In this document: positions 30,772 to 40,726 of the stretch, in pieces
Layout of the letters: each line of letters opens with the position of its first letter
Numbering within the stretch: the first letter of the stretch is position 1
NCBI GenBank assembly: GCA_964455375.1
Contig: CAYVXE010000003.1
Span: 2,522 to 66,521, forward strand
Direction of reading: 5' to 3'
DNA: 64,000 nucleotides
Origin: an uncultured Calditrichaceae bacterium
GTDB taxonomy: Bacteria > Zhuqueibacterota > Zhuqueibacteria > Oceanimicrobiales > Oceanimicrobiaceae
Notes under the pieces: model-generated
The model's input: only the letters and a program-made list of their open reading frames with translations
Databases searched by the model: none
What the model was told of the DNA's origin: nothing
Program-made: the position numbers and the translations under genes

Positions 30772-31485
30772 CTACTCTAAACGTTTTTTTACAATCACGA
30801 TTCTCTGTTTTTGAAACAGCCCCCTCTTGTCACAAGGAAAGAATTCTGACCTCACCTGAACATCTGAATATGCATCTAATAAAATGTCTATTTCATCGTT
30901 TACCTTACTGCCTTTGATCGAGATCATTTGGCCGTCGGACTTCAAAAAAAAACGCGCCATATCATACAGTTCTTTTAAACCGGCTACGGCACGGTTTAAA
31001 ACAAGATCAAACTCTCCAGTGAACGCTGATTCTCGTGCAGATTTTTCCGCTCTATCACAGACAACTGTAGCATGCTCCAACCCTGTAATCTGCAACAGTT
31101 TTTTTAGAAAAAGACATTTCCAGCGCGTTGAATCCAACAAAACCATTTCCAGTTGCGGTTGCATAATTTTTAATGGCACTCCAGGGAAACCACCACCAGT
31201 GCCCAGGTCCACTACTTTTTGGGGACCACTAACTTCATCAAAAAGGACAAGAAGCGCCGACTCCAAAAAATGCCGTTCGACAATTCGTTTCTCATCTCCC
31301 CTGGACATCAAATTTGCTTTTTGATTCCATTGCAGCAACAAATCATAATACTTACCAAACATCTCTTCCTGTTGTAGAGTCAATGGCAATTCATACTCTA
31401 TAAAAAGATTTTGTAGTTTCTCTAAATCCAAAAAGCAAAAACCCTTTTCTCCATAATTTAATGTTTCACGTGAAACATTAACCAT
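30772..31485 (-). CDS. rsmG: 16S rRNA (guanine527-N7)-methyltransferase RsmG (GidB)
   Basis: The ORF in the track extends to 31632. Homology begins at the internal Met (MVNVSRETL...) at 31485, which overlaps the mnmG stop by 8 nt. GTGGGFPG SAM motif. Confidence 0.85.
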   Translation of the reverse strand: MVNVSRETLNYGEKGFCFLDLEKLQNLFIEYELPLTLQQEEMFGKYYDLLLQWNQKANLMSRGDEKRIVERHFLESALLVLFDEVSGPQKVVDLGTGGGFPGVPLKIMQPQLEMVLLDSTRWKCLFLKKLLQITGLEHATVVCDRAEKSARESAFTGEFDLVLNRAVAGLKELYDMARFFLKSDGQMISIKGSKVNDEIDILLDAYSDVQVRSEFFPCDKRGLFQKQRIVIVKKRLE

Positions 31486-33358
31486 GTTCCCGAGACAAGT
31501 GTACAAGCAACACCGATACGTCTGCGGGCGACACCCCGGAAATTCTCGTCGCTTGACCGATCGTTTGCGGCTTAATTTTATGTAGCTTTTCCCGTGCTTC
31601 GGCAGAAAGCGCTGAAATAGCCTTAAAGTCAAATTGGAATGGTATTTTCTTTGCTTCCAGATCCTTTAATCGTTTTGCTTGCTCCGTTTGTCTGCGAATG
31701 AAACCCTCATACTTTATTTCAATTTCAACCTGATTCCGCACGTCATCCCAAAAATCGTCATCCCAAACAGTCAAAACCGTCAACTTTTCCAAGTCTTTCA
31801 AGTTTTCTATTTTAACTTCCGGTCTTTTTATGAGATTATAGATAGACTCTTTTTCCTTTATTGCTGTGGAATCTATTTTTTCTAAACGGGGATTCACGTC
31901 TTGTGCGCGCAACCTACACCTTTCAAAATCCGCAAGTGCTTGCTGAATCCGCTGCCGCTTTTGCAACAAGTGTTCATAGTCCGGTTCTGAAATCAGACCA
32001 AGGTTGTAACCAACCTCCATCAACCGCAAATCTGCATTGTCCTGACGCAAAATCAGCCGGTATTCAGCGCGTGACGTAAACATTCGATACGGCTCTATGG
32101 TTCCTTTCGTTACCAAGTCATCGATCAAAACGCCAACGTACGCTTCGGAACGCTGCAACACAAACGGTTCCTCGTTGCGAATGTTCTTCACCGCGTTGAC
32201 GCCAGCAATTAATCCCTGGCTTGCGGCCTCCTCATAGCCGGTGGTCCCATTTATCTGCCCGGCAAAAAACAGGCCCTCTACCGCTTTTGTTTCAAGCGTC
32301 TGGCGAAGCTGTGTCGGAGAAAAATAATCATATTCCACGGCATAACCAAAGCGAGTTACTTTAACATGCTCCAGGCCAGCGACGGTTCTAATTCCATTGA
32401 ACTGAACATCTTCCGGCAGGCTGGTCGAGAAACCGTTCACGTAATATTCTGTCGTGTGTCTACCCTCCGGTTCGAGAAATATTTGATGTCGATCCCGGTC
32501 TGCAAAACGGTTTAATTTGTCTTCAATAGACGGACAGTATCTGGGCCCGACACCCTTAATCCGGTCCGTAAACATTGGCGACTTGTCAAACCCCTTTTGC
32601 AGCTCTTCATGTGTTTTGGGGTTCGTATAGGTCAAATAGCACGGCATTTGTTCAAGGTTGAGCGCCGCGGTTTTATGGGAAAAAGGAACGGGCTTTTCGT
32701 CTCCTGGCTGGATTTCTGTTTTTGAAAAATCAATGGTGCTGCCATCGATTCGTGGGGGTGTCCCTGTTTTTAGTCTTCCCGACTCAAAACCCAGCGCAAC
32801 AAGACATTCGGTTATTCCCTCGGCGGCAAACTCTCCGGCGCGGCCGGCTTTATATTGGACTTCTCCCACATGAATAATACCATTCAGAAAAGTTCCAGCG
32901 GTCAAAACAACTGCCCGTGTATGAATTACATGACCGGTTTCGGTTTTCACTCCGACAACACGAGAGCCTTTGATTTCCAATTCAACTCCCATTCCTTGCC
33001 GAATATCCAGATTCTTTTGTTCTTCACAACTCTGTCGTAGCGTTTGTGCGTAAAGCAATCTATCGCATTGCGCGCGTGGAGACCAGACAGCAGGACCCTT
33101 GGATCGGTTTAGCATTCGAAACTGAATTCCCGCCGTATCGGTAACCACTCCCATTTCTCCGCCAAGCGCATCTATTTCTTTTACCAATTGACCCTTGGCA
33201 AGGCCACCGATTGCTGGATTACACGACATCTGGCCGATGGTAAAAATATTCATGGTCAGCAACATGGTTTTGGCACCTAAGCGCGCGGCAACTAAGGCCG
33301 CCTCTGTCCCGGCATGACCCCCACCTACGACAACGACATCATATCTCTCTTCTTGCAT
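31478..33358 (-). CDS. mnmG: tRNA uridine-5-carboxymethylaminomethyl synthesis enzyme MnmG (GidA)
   Basis: 626 aa. FAD-binding VVVVGGGHAGTEAA and conserved GidA core. Confidence 0.95.
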   Translation of the reverse strand: MQEERYDVVVVGGGHAGTEAALVAARLGAKTMLLTMNIFTIGQMSCNPAIGGLAKGQLVKEIDALGGEMGVVTDTAGIQFRMLNRSKGPAVWSPRAQCDRLLYAQTLRQSCEEQKNLDIRQGMGVELEIKGSRVVGVKTETGHVIHTRAVVLTAGTFLNGIIHVGEVQYKAGRAGEFAAEGITECLVALGFESGRLKTGTPPRIDGSTIDFSKTEIQPGDEKPVPFSHKTAALNLEQMPCYLTYTNPKTHEELQKGFDKSPMFTDRIKGVGPRYCPSIEDKLNRFADRDRHQIFLEPEGRHTTEYYVNGFSTSLPEDVQFNGIRTVAGLEHVKVTRFGYAVEYDYFSPTQLRQTLETKAVEGLFFAGQINGTTGYEEAASQGLIAGVNAVKNIRNEEPFVLQRSEAYVGVLIDDLVTKGTIEPYRMFTSRAEYRLILRQDNADLRLMEVGYNLGLISEPDYEHLLQKRQRIQQALADFERCRLRAQDVNPRLEKIDSTAIKEKESIYNLIKRPEVKIENLKDLEKLTVLTVWDDDFWDDVRNQVEIEIKYEGFIRRQTEQAKRLKDLEAKKIPFQFDFKAISALSAEAREKLHKIKPQTIGQATRISGVSPADVSVLLVHLSREHG

Positions 33359-33413
33359 TTTTTATAAATGGTTTAATTTTTCCAAGACAAAATGTTTCAC
33401 GTGAAACATTCAA

Positions 33414-34811
33414 TTATTTTCCGATACAAAACCTGGAGAAAACAACCCCGAGAATATCTTCTGTGGTAACTTCTCCAATAATTTCTCCCAAACAGTTAAC
33501 GGCATCCCGGAAATCCTGAGCGACAAACTCTGACGAAAGACCTTTTTTTAAAGAACTCTCTGCAGATCTCAACAATTTAATTGCTTCTTGAAGGGCTTTC
33601 TTTTGCCGGACATTTGTGAGCACAACATCTGTTTGCGATGGCATCTTATTGCCGGTGGCTACTTCAATCAACTTTTTTTCAAGAGCGCTTAGCCCGTCAT
33701 GTGTTTTCGCGGACATCCTTATCACATCCCCCTGGTTCACCAAACATTGAATTTTTAACAAATCGAGTTTGAGAGGTAGGTCTGATTTGTTGATGGAAAA
33801 AATCGTTTGTTTTTTTTTTGATAAAACCTCTTTCAGAATGACAATGTCCCTTTCTGTGAGTTTTTTTGACCCATCGAAAACAAAAAGAACAATATCGGCA
33901 TCTTTTATCTGCTGAAAAGATCGCTTCACACCTTCCTTTTCGATCACGCTTTGCGTTTTGCGAATACCTGCGGTATCGACGATCCTAAAGAGGACCCCCT
34001 GAATATCAAGTTGTTCCTCCAAAACATCCCGGGTGGTCCCGGAAATTTCCGTTACAATTGCCCGTTCCTCTTTGAGCAGTGCGTTTAAAATGCTGGATTT
34101 GCCAACATTGGGTTTTCCCACTATGGTTAGCTTTGCACCCTCGCGGTAAATTTTTCCCCGACGATAGGTTTGCAAAAAAGACTCTATTTCAGAAATGATT
34201 TTTTGTAACCGTATGAGGATGTCGGATTTGTCTGTAAACTCGACATCCTCTTCAGCAAAATCAAGCTCTAATTCCAGCAATGCCGCGATCTCGATTAAAT
34301 CATTGCGGATTTTACGAATTTTCCTGGATAACCCTCCCTGAAATTGTGCAATGGCAGATCTTAACGACCAGTCCGTTTTTGCGGCAATGATATCCGCGAC
34401 CGCTTCCGCCTGCGACAAATCCAGGCGCCCGTTTAAAAAAGCTCGCTCTGTAAATTCACCACGGCGCGCCATCCGTGCGCCATTATCGAGAATCAATTGC
34501 AGCACTCTTCTCGAAAGATAGCGACCACCATGACAGCTTATTTCAACCAGGTCTTCAGTCGTGTACGATTTCGGCGATCTGAAAATCGTTACCAGAACTT
34601 CATCAAGTAGTTGACTTGTTTTGCCTTGGGTTTTATCGAAGACTTTCGCGAGATACGCTTTGTGTGATTCTGCTGCACCAAGGTTTATCTTACAATTCAG
34701 GACTGACTTGGCAATTTCGATTGAATTCGACCCGCTAATCCGTATAATCGCAATACCTCCGGTTCCATGTGGGGTGGAAATCGCCGCTATGGTATCATCA
34801 TAATTATACAT
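33414..34811 (-). CDS. mnmE: tRNA modification GTPase MnmE (TrmE)
   Basis: 465 aa. G-domain GKPNVGKSS, DTAG, and C-terminal CIGK. Confidence 0.95.
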   Translation of the reverse strand: MYNYDDTIAAISTPHGTGGIAIIRISGSNSIEIAKSVLNCKINLGAAESHKAYLAKVFDKTQGKTSQLLDEVLVTIFRSPKSYTTEDLVEISCHGGRYLSRRVLQLILDNGARMARRGEFTERAFLNGRLDLSQAEAVADIIAAKTDWSLRSAIAQFQGGLSRKIRKIRNDLIEIAALLELELDFAEEDVEFTDKSDILIRLQKIISEIESFLQTYRRGKIYREGAKLTIVGKPNVGKSSILNALLKEERAIVTEISGTTRDVLEEQLDIQGVLFRIVDTAGIRKTQSVIEKEGVKRSFQQIKDADIVLFVFDGSKKLTERDIVILKEVLSKKKQTIFSINKSDLPLKLDLLKIQCLVNQGDVIRMSAKTHDGLSALEKKLIEVATGNKMPSQTDVVLTNVRQKKALQEAIKLLRSAESSLKKGLSSEFVAQDFRDAVNCLGEIIGEVTTEDILGVVFSRFCIGK

Positions 34812-34849
34812 CTTAAGTAATTATAAATTAAAAACTTAAATAAAATAAA

Positions 34850-34885
34850 ACCGCCCCACAAAAGAAAAAGGGGGGCGTTTTTATT
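34850..34885. terminator. Bidirectional-looking GC hairpin terminator between yidC and mnmE
   Basis: CCGCCCC-acaaaagaaaaag-GGGGGCG followed by TTTTTATTT on the plus strand, with A-rich 5' flank giving a U-tract on the minus strand too. Sits downstream of yidC (minus strand). Confidence 0.55.
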
Positions 34886-34926
34886 TCGACTCGTAAATTT
34901 ATTGTATCTATCTATTTCTTTTTCGC

Positions 34927-36732
34927 TTAACGTCTTCTTTTGTAGTCGTATTTTTGTGTTCGCTTTTTTGTCTTTTGTTTTTTTGCACGTTTCAATTCGT
35001 CAACACTTCTGGTTTTATAAGGAATCATTTTTTCCTGGACGATCGAAAACAGATTAAATAAGGCGTAATATAAATTTAATCCAGAAGGAAAAGAGTTAAA
35101 CATAAGCGTCAAAAAAATCGGCATAAAATAAACCATCGCCTTTTGTTTTGGATCTTTCATGGTAATTTTCTGTTGGATAAACATGGTAACACCCATAAAC
35201 ACCGGTAAAATGTTGACGGTGTTTCCATACAGAGGTATTGTAAATGGTAAAACAGCAACGGTATCGGGAAGCGAGAGATCTTTTATCCACCAAATAAACG
35301 AGGCCCCTCGCAACTCGATAGTCGTCCTGAAAATGTTAAACAGGGCAATCAGAAGCGGCATCTGTAAAAGCATCGGTATACACCCACCCAAGGGGTTGAT
35401 TCCATACTCCTTATACAGTTTCATGGTCTCTTTCTGCTTTTTCTGAGCATCGTCTTTGTATTTCTCGTTCATTTCCTGCATGAGCGGTTGCAGAGACTGC
35501 ATTTCCTTCATGGACTGGTAACTTTTCCGAGTTAAAGGAAACAACAAGAGTTTAATCAAAATGGAGAAAACAATAATGACCCATCCGTAGTTTGGAATTA
35601 CTTTATGCAGGAGCGTAAAGCTCCATAAAATAAATTTTGCGAAAGGACGGAAAATGGCCATCCCAAATGACATCATCTTTTCCAAACCAACATTGTACGA
35701 TTTAATAATATCGTAGTCCAGCGGCCCGAGAAAGACCTGGTAGCTGTCAAGGATATCATTTGAATTTTCAAAGGGCATTTTCAGTTTGAAGGAATATTTC
35801 TCCAATGGTGTCTTTTGCCCAACATCTATTTCTTCCCCTTTAAAAGAAACCGATTGACCTTTTTTTGTTCGGGGTATGAGTGCCAGTGCGAAATATTTTG
35901 TCCGAATTGCTACCCAGTCTGTTGGATTGTCCCACTCCTTTGGATCAAACGTATCCTTTACTTTGAAGGTCTCCAAATTTCCTTGAAGCGCGTATGCGTT
36001 CGCATTTTTCATATCCATGTTAATATCTGGCTCTGTTGTTTGCAAACCCGAGGTCCAGGAAATAAAGTATGAGTAACCCCCGACAATTTTTTTAAGGTTT
36101 TTTAGCTCGACATCAAAATCAAAGGAGTAACTGCCCGTATGAAATGTGTATGTTTTAATAATCTCCTGTTTGCCGTTCAGTTTGAGGGTAAAAATTAATT
36201 TGTCCGATTGGCCATCCCTCTTGAGTAAGACGTCCGCTTTATTCACGGTAAACAAATATGGACTCGTATCAAGCGTGTCGTGTGCCGTGGGTATTAAAAC
36301 ACCTAAATTGCCGATACCGTTTTCTCCAACCATTTGAACCATGGAACTGTCCCGCATGGAGTATTTTTTTAATGTCCAGGAAATGAGTGATGCTCCTTCG
36401 GTGCTAAACACTGCCCGATAAAGGTCAGTATCAACGATAACGTTTTCACCTTTTCCTGATTGTAGAACAAAATTGTTTTCTGCAGTAGAAACAGCACTGC
36501 TCGGTGGTATTCCTTTTGCTTGTTCTTTTTTGACCTGAACGGGTTTCTCGGGAATTCCAATATCCTCTTTACTTTGTGAGGTAGCTCTTCTAGGTGTGAG
36601 CTCTGTTTCCTGACTTTGTGTTGTTTCGGGTGGAGGCGGCAGAAAATTGGTTTTATAAAAATCTGTTTGGATAAGAATTAGTATTAAACCAATAATCACG
36701 AATGCCAGGATTGTTTTCTTGTCAAAGTCCAT
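34927..36732 (-). CDS. yidC: Membrane protein insertase YidC
   Basis: 601 aa. N-terminal TM, large periplasmic domain and C-terminal 5-TM 60-kDa inner-membrane insertase core. Conserved rnpA-yidD-yidC-mnmE order. Confidence 0.9.
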   Translation of the reverse strand: MDFDKKTILAFVIIGLILILIQTDFYKTNFLPPPPETTQSQETELTPRRATSQSKEDIGIPEKPVQVKKEQAKGIPPSSAVSTAENNFVLQSGKGENVIVDTDLYRAVFSTEGASLISWTLKKYSMRDSSMVQMVGENGIGNLGVLIPTAHDTLDTSPYLFTVNKADVLLKRDGQSDKLIFTLKLNGKQEIIKTYTFHTGSYSFDFDVELKNLKKIVGGYSYFISWTSGLQTTEPDINMDMKNANAYALQGNLETFKVKDTFDPKEWDNPTDWVAIRTKYFALALIPRTKKGQSVSFKGEEIDVGQKTPLEKYSFKLKMPFENSNDILDSYQVFLGPLDYDIIKSYNVGLEKMMSFGMAIFRPFAKFILWSFTLLHKVIPNYGWVIIVFSILIKLLLFPLTRKSYQSMKEMQSLQPLMQEMNEKYKDDAQKKQKETMKLYKEYGINPLGGCIPMLLQMPLLIALFNIFRTTIELRGASFIWWIKDLSLPDTVAVLPFTIPLYGNTVNILPVFMGVTMFIQQKITMKDPKQKAMVYFMPIFLTLMFNSFPSGLNLYYALFNLFSIVQEKMIPYKTRSVDELKRAKKQKTKKRTQKYDYKRRR

Positions 36733-36768
36733 GAATTTAAATATACCCTATTTATTAAATAACTAATT

Positions 36769-36978
36769 CTAGTTTAATGGATCATACCCCCCTGGATGAA
36801 ACGGATGGCACTTTGAGAGCCTCGTTAATCCCTTAACGGAACCGCGAATTAACCCATACTTTTCAATTGCCTGTAAAGTATATTCCGAACAAGTAGGATA
36901 AAAACGGCAAGACGGTGGAAAAAACGGCGAGATCGCTTTCTGGTAAAGCCGAATGATGCCAATTCCAATACGTTTCAT
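36769..36978 (-). CDS. yidD: Membrane protein insertion efficiency factor YidD
   Basis: 69 aa. [25 protein letters not shown] is the YidD/haemolytic-domain signature. Confidence 0.85.
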   Translation of the reverse strand: MKRIGIGIIRLYQKAISPFFPPSCRFYPTCSEYTLQAIEKYGLIRGSVKGLTRLSKCHPFHPGGYDPLN

Positions 36979-36984
36979 AATAGG

Positions 36985-37323
36985 TTATTTCTCTAATCTG
37001 ATTAATAAGTCTCCATACTCGACTTTTAATCTTTCAAAGGTAACTTGATTAAAACCCTTCCTGGCCATAAGAAGAATCATTTTATTTTCAGGCAGACGAT
37101 TGTTATCTCTTCTGAATAACTCCCGAAGTCTCCTTTTTGCTCTGTTTCGCTTAACTGCACCAGATATTTTTTTTGAAACGGCAAATCCAACCTTTTTTTC
37201 TTCAGCATCTAATGCAATTAATAAAATATGGTTTGAATGGTATCGTTTTCCGTGAGTAAACATCTTGCTAAAGAGTAACGGACTTTTAATGATCAGCCGC
37301 TTTGATAAACGGTGTTTTTTCAC
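36985..37323 (-). CDS. rnpA: Ribonuclease P protein component
   Basis: 112 aa basic protein lying between rpmH and yidD. RnpA-like KR-rich motif. Confidence 0.8.
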   Translation of the reverse strand: MKKHRLSKRLIIKSPLLFSKMFTHGKRYHSNHILLIALDAEEKKVGFAVSKKISGAVKRNRAKRRLRELFRRDNNRLPENKMILLMARKGFNQVTFERLKVEYGDLLIRLEK

Positions 37324-37340
37324 AAAATTGCTTTGGTGGG

Positions 37341-37484
37341 TTACCTGTCACTTACTGTTAAACTTTTTCTTCCTTTAGCCCTCCGGGAACTCAAAACAGC
37401 ACGTCCGGACTTAGTTTTCATTCTTGCCCTGAAACCGTGTTTGTTCACTTTCTTTCTATTGCTTGGCTGAAATGTTCTTTTCAT
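37341..37484 (-). CDS. rpmH: 50S ribosomal protein L34 (not in ORF track because it is under 60 aa)
   Basis: Manual translation of the minus strand gives [47 protein letters not shown] (47 aa). This is the canonical L34 MKRTFQPS...HGFR.RM.T..GR.VL..RR.KGR motif, placed directly upstream of rnpA. Confidence 0.85.
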   Translation of the reverse strand: MKRTFQPSNRKKVNKHGFRARMKTKSGRAVLSSRRAKGRKSLTVSDR

Positions 37485-37499
37485 GGCATGCCTTTTAAT

Positions 37500-37940
37500 T
37501 TATATATCCTAAATTCACTTATATTCAAAAAAAACTGTAAAACATATTAATTATCCTGGTAAAAGTCAAGTTATTTCTCAATACCATATTCATCATTTAT
37601 TCAAAATATTTTACCTTGACATTAAACGTGTTATTCTTAAATTTCCAACATCCCCCCTAACCGAAATCTGTATTTAAAAAATGTGGATAATGTATTAATT
37701 TTTACTTTTAAAATAGAAATAACCTGTGTATAAAATAAGTCTTTTACATTCATTATCGTTCAATAGGCATACAAATAGCTTGTATCTTTTCTGTTTTTAT
37801 TTATTTTACTCTTTGCTTTTGTTTTGTGGATAACTTGTGAGTAAGTTTCGTATGTTTGTCAATTTTTTAAAAAAATGGGTTTTTTCTGTTAATACTTTAT
37901 TTTCAGTTAAACTTTTAACATAAATATAGGTTTTTAAATT
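37500..37940. promoter_or_regulatory. AT-rich rpmH/dnaA divergent intergenic region with DnaA boxes (origin-proximal box cluster / dnaA promoter)
   Basis: Perfect TGTGGATAA boxes at 37682-37690 and 37825-37833, plus degenerate boxes (for example TTATCCTGG near 37553). Over 70% AT. The minus-to-plus strand switch occurs here. Confidence 0.7.
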
Positions 37941-39290
37941 ATGTCTGATCCGTGTGTTTCAACTTGGAATGACTGTTTATCTATTATTAAGGACAGTATT
38001 AATCCACAGAGTTACACAACTTGGTTTAAACCGATAACACCGCTAAATCTAAGAGACGAAAAATTGACCGTCGAAGTTCCAAGTCAGTTCTTTTATGAAT
38101 GGCTGGAAGGTCATTATAGTAATTTAATTAACAAGGCATTGCTTCAGGTTCTTGGTGATAGTGCAGAACTCACGTATTCCATCTCTGAAAAAAATAATGG
38201 TGCTTTTTACGATGTCCCATCAATTGATAGAAAAAAAACCAACAATAAATATCAAATTAACAGCAATTTAATGGACCGGTATATTTTTGATACATTTGTT
38301 GAGGGTTCAAATAATCAGTTTGCACGTGCAGCGGCCATGGCGGTTGCTGAATCACCCGGGAAAACAACCTTCAATCCATTGGTTCTATACGGTGGCGTTG
38401 GTCTCGGAAAAACACATCTTATTCATGCAATTGGTCATTATGCCCTTTCCAATAAGACCGCCAGTAATGTTTTATATGTGGACAGTGAAAAATTTACCAT
38501 TGAATTTATTAATTCCATTCAGAATAATAAGACCACCCAATTCAGTTCCATTTACAGAAATGTGGATTTGCTCTTAGTAGATGACATCCAATTCTTCAAT
38601 AATAAAGAAAGAACACAAGAAGAATTTTTTCATACATTTAATGCTCTATACAATGCCGGTAAACAAATTGTTCTATCCTCAGACCGTCCACCAAAAGAGT
38701 TAGATGGCGTGGAAGATAGGTTAATTTCACGATTTCAGTGGGGACTCGTTGCGGATATTCAACCCCCTGATTTTGAAACTCGAATCGCTATTCTTCAGCA
38801 AAAAGCAGATCAGACAGGTGTGGATATGCCTGGTGAAATAATTGAATTCATCGCAGCAAATGTGACATCTAACATTCGGGAGATGGAAGGGGCTCTTATT
38901 CGCTTGCTGGCATTTTCCTCCTTAAATGGAAAGGACTGTACGCTTTCAGACGCAAAAGATGTGCTTAAAAACCTGAGTTTGCGTAAAAAGAAAAAAATAC
39001 TCATTGAGGAAATACAAAGAACAATCTCTGATCACTTTGATATCGAAGATGATCTTCTTAGAGCAAAAACCAGAAAAAAAGAAATTGTCTACATTAGGCA
39101 AGTTGCCATGTATCTCTGTAAAATTCTAACCAAACATTCTCTAAAAACCATCGGGTTGCATTTTGGAGGTCGGGATCATAGCACGGTTATTCATGCAATA
39201 CAAATTATCGAAAAACTAGTCAAAAACGATGAGAAAACCAACGATGAAATAAGTGAGTTAAGAAAGAAAATTGAACTGGCATGTATGTAA
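37941..39290 (+). CDS. dnaA: Chromosomal replication initiator DnaA
   Basis: 449 aa. AAA+ Walker A GGVGLGKTHL, sensor motifs, and C-terminal DnaA-box-binding HTH (YLCKILTKHSLKTIGLHFGGRDHSTVIHA). Confidence 0.95.
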   Translation: MSDPCVSTWNDCLSIIKDSINPQSYTTWFKPITPLNLRDEKLTVEVPSQFFYEWLEGHYSNLINKALLQVLGDSAELTYSISEKNNGAFYDVPSIDRKKTNNKYQINSNLMDRYIFDTFVEGSNNQFARAAAMAVAESPGKTTFNPLVLYGGVGLGKTHLIHAIGHYALSNKTASNVLYVDSEKFTIEFINSIQNNKTTQFSSIYRNVDLLLVDDIQFFNNKERTQEEFFHTFNALYNAGKQIVLSSDRPPKELDGVEDRLISRFQWGLVADIQPPDFETRIAILQQKADQTGVDMPGEIIEFIAANVTSNIREMEGALIRLLAFSSLNGKDCTLSDAKDVLKNLSLRKKKKILIEEIQRTISDHFDIEDDLLRAKTRKKEIVYIRQVAMYLCKILTKHSLKTIGLHFGGRDHSTVIHAIQIIEKLVKNDEKTNDEISELRKKIELACM

Positions 39291-39592
39291 TCCAGTTATT
39301 CACATTCCGCTGTGGATAACATGTTATTTTAACTTTATAATTTGTGGATAATAAAAGAAGGATTAAGTACCCACTACTTTATACACAACAAAGGATATAT
39401 AATTAACAGTTCATCAACATAATTAAAAATGACTTTTCTAAAAATGAACGCCAAAAAATCAATTAGATGCGATACTTATTACGAAAGTTATCCACTTATC
39501 CACAGTCTCTACTACTACTAGTATTTAAAATTATTCTTGAATAATAGCTATTTATTTTATATCTTTTTAAATTATAAAAATTCGAGGTTTTT
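39291..39592. promoter_or_regulatory. dnaA-dnaN intergenic DnaA-box cluster with AT-rich unwinding-element-like tract (probable oriC core)
   Basis: Perfect boxes at 39311-39319, 39343-39351 and 39496-39504, plus an overlapping one-mismatch box at 39488-39496. A highly AT-rich tract lies at 39520-39590, next to dnaN. Confidence 0.7.
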
Positions 39593-40711
39593 ATGAAATT
39601 TAAAGTAAATAAAAAAGTTTTTTTCCAGGCAATTCAAAATATAATTGGTGTGGTGCCGGTCAAAACCACAATCCCTATTTTAGGAAATATTTTGCTTGAC
39701 TTGAAAGGTAACGCACTTATGCTTACCGGCACTGATTTAGAAGTTTCGATTTCGACTGAAATAGATGTTCTGGGTGAAAAAGATGGAGCCGTGGCGATAC
39801 CTGCTAAAATTTTGTTTGAAATAGTTAGGGAACTACCGGACATTCCATTGGAAGTTTCCTGTGACGAAGAGTTTAAAATTACGCTCAACACAGAAAAGGG
39901 TTATTATAAACTATCCGGTGAAACCAAAGATGATTTTCCAAAAATATCTGTTGAAGAAACAAAGGGTTCTTTCACCATCGAGACGGAACGTTTTCAAAGA
40001 ATGATAAATAATACCATTTTTGCTGTATCAACGGATGAATTGCGAACAACATTGATGGGAGTGTTTTTGAAAGTGATGGAGAATGAACTTAGATTAGTTT
40101 CCACTGATGGTCACCGCCTCGTAAAAATTGTCGATAATAACTTTCCTGCGGACGGGTTAGATAGTGAGACGATAATCCCAACCAAAGCTTTGAATTTACT
40201 GGTAAAAAATTTGCAGAATGTCCAGAAAATAAAAATTAACCTCAGTGATGATCATATAGTCTTTGAGTTGGGTAACACAACTATTTTCAGTAAAAGCATT
40301 GAGGGACAGTTTCCGAATTATGAACGCGTTATTCCCAGCGATAATGACAAAAGTTTGGTTGTGAACAGGGAACTTTTAAGTTCGTCCGTGAAACGAGTTG
40401 CTATTTTTTCAAATTCAATTACTCACCAAATTAGACTTTCTATTTCACAAAGAAGCATGCTGATCAAATCAGAGGACATTGAATTTGGCGGTGAGGCTCA
40501 GGAAAGCATCGATATTGATTACAGAGATGAATCATTAGATGTTGGTTATAATGCAAACTATCTTCTTGATATTTTAAGACATCTGGATACAGACGAAGTT
40601 GAAATTAAAGTTAAAGATTCGGTTAGCGCTGGAATCATTTATCCATCTCAGCAAAAAGAAAACGAAGAGATGCTTATGCTTCTAATGCCCATACGACTCA
40701 ACGAAGATTAA
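39593..40711 (+). CDS. dnaN: DNA polymerase III beta sliding clamp
   Basis: 372 aa. Three-domain clamp pattern (MKFKVNKKVF...; LMPIRL C-terminus). Position after dnaA. Confidence 0.95.
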   Translation: MKFKVNKKVFFQAIQNIIGVVPVKTTIPILGNILLDLKGNALMLTGTDLEVSISTEIDVLGEKDGAVAIPAKILFEIVRELPDIPLEVSCDEEFKITLNTEKGYYKLSGETKDDFPKISVEETKGSFTIETERFQRMINNTIFAVSTDELRTTLMGVFLKVMENELRLVSTDGHRLVKIVDNNFPADGLDSETIIPTKALNLLVKNLQNVQKIKINLSDDHIVFELGNTTIFSKSIEGQFPNYERVIPSDNDKSLVVNRELLSSSVKRVAIFSNSITHQIRLSISQRSMLIKSEDIEFGGEAQESIDIDYRDESLDVGYNANYLLDILRHLDTDEVEIKVKDSVSAGIIYPSQQKENEEMLMLLMPIRLNED

Positions 40712-40726
40712 GATAAATGTTTTTGT

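Noticed and set aside
30772-31632. 286-aa version of the rsmG ORF extending 147 nt into mnmG
   Set aside because: Homology and the typical RsmG length start at the internal Met (31485). The extension is an out-of-frame read through the mnmG 3' end.
37500-39592. tRNA, rRNA or CRISPR features in AT-rich intergenic regions (also 59352-59499 and 60847-61414)
   Set aside because: No T-loop (GTTCGA/GTTCAA plus paired acceptor) candidates, no direct-repeat arrays and no rRNA-like conserved blocks were found by eye.
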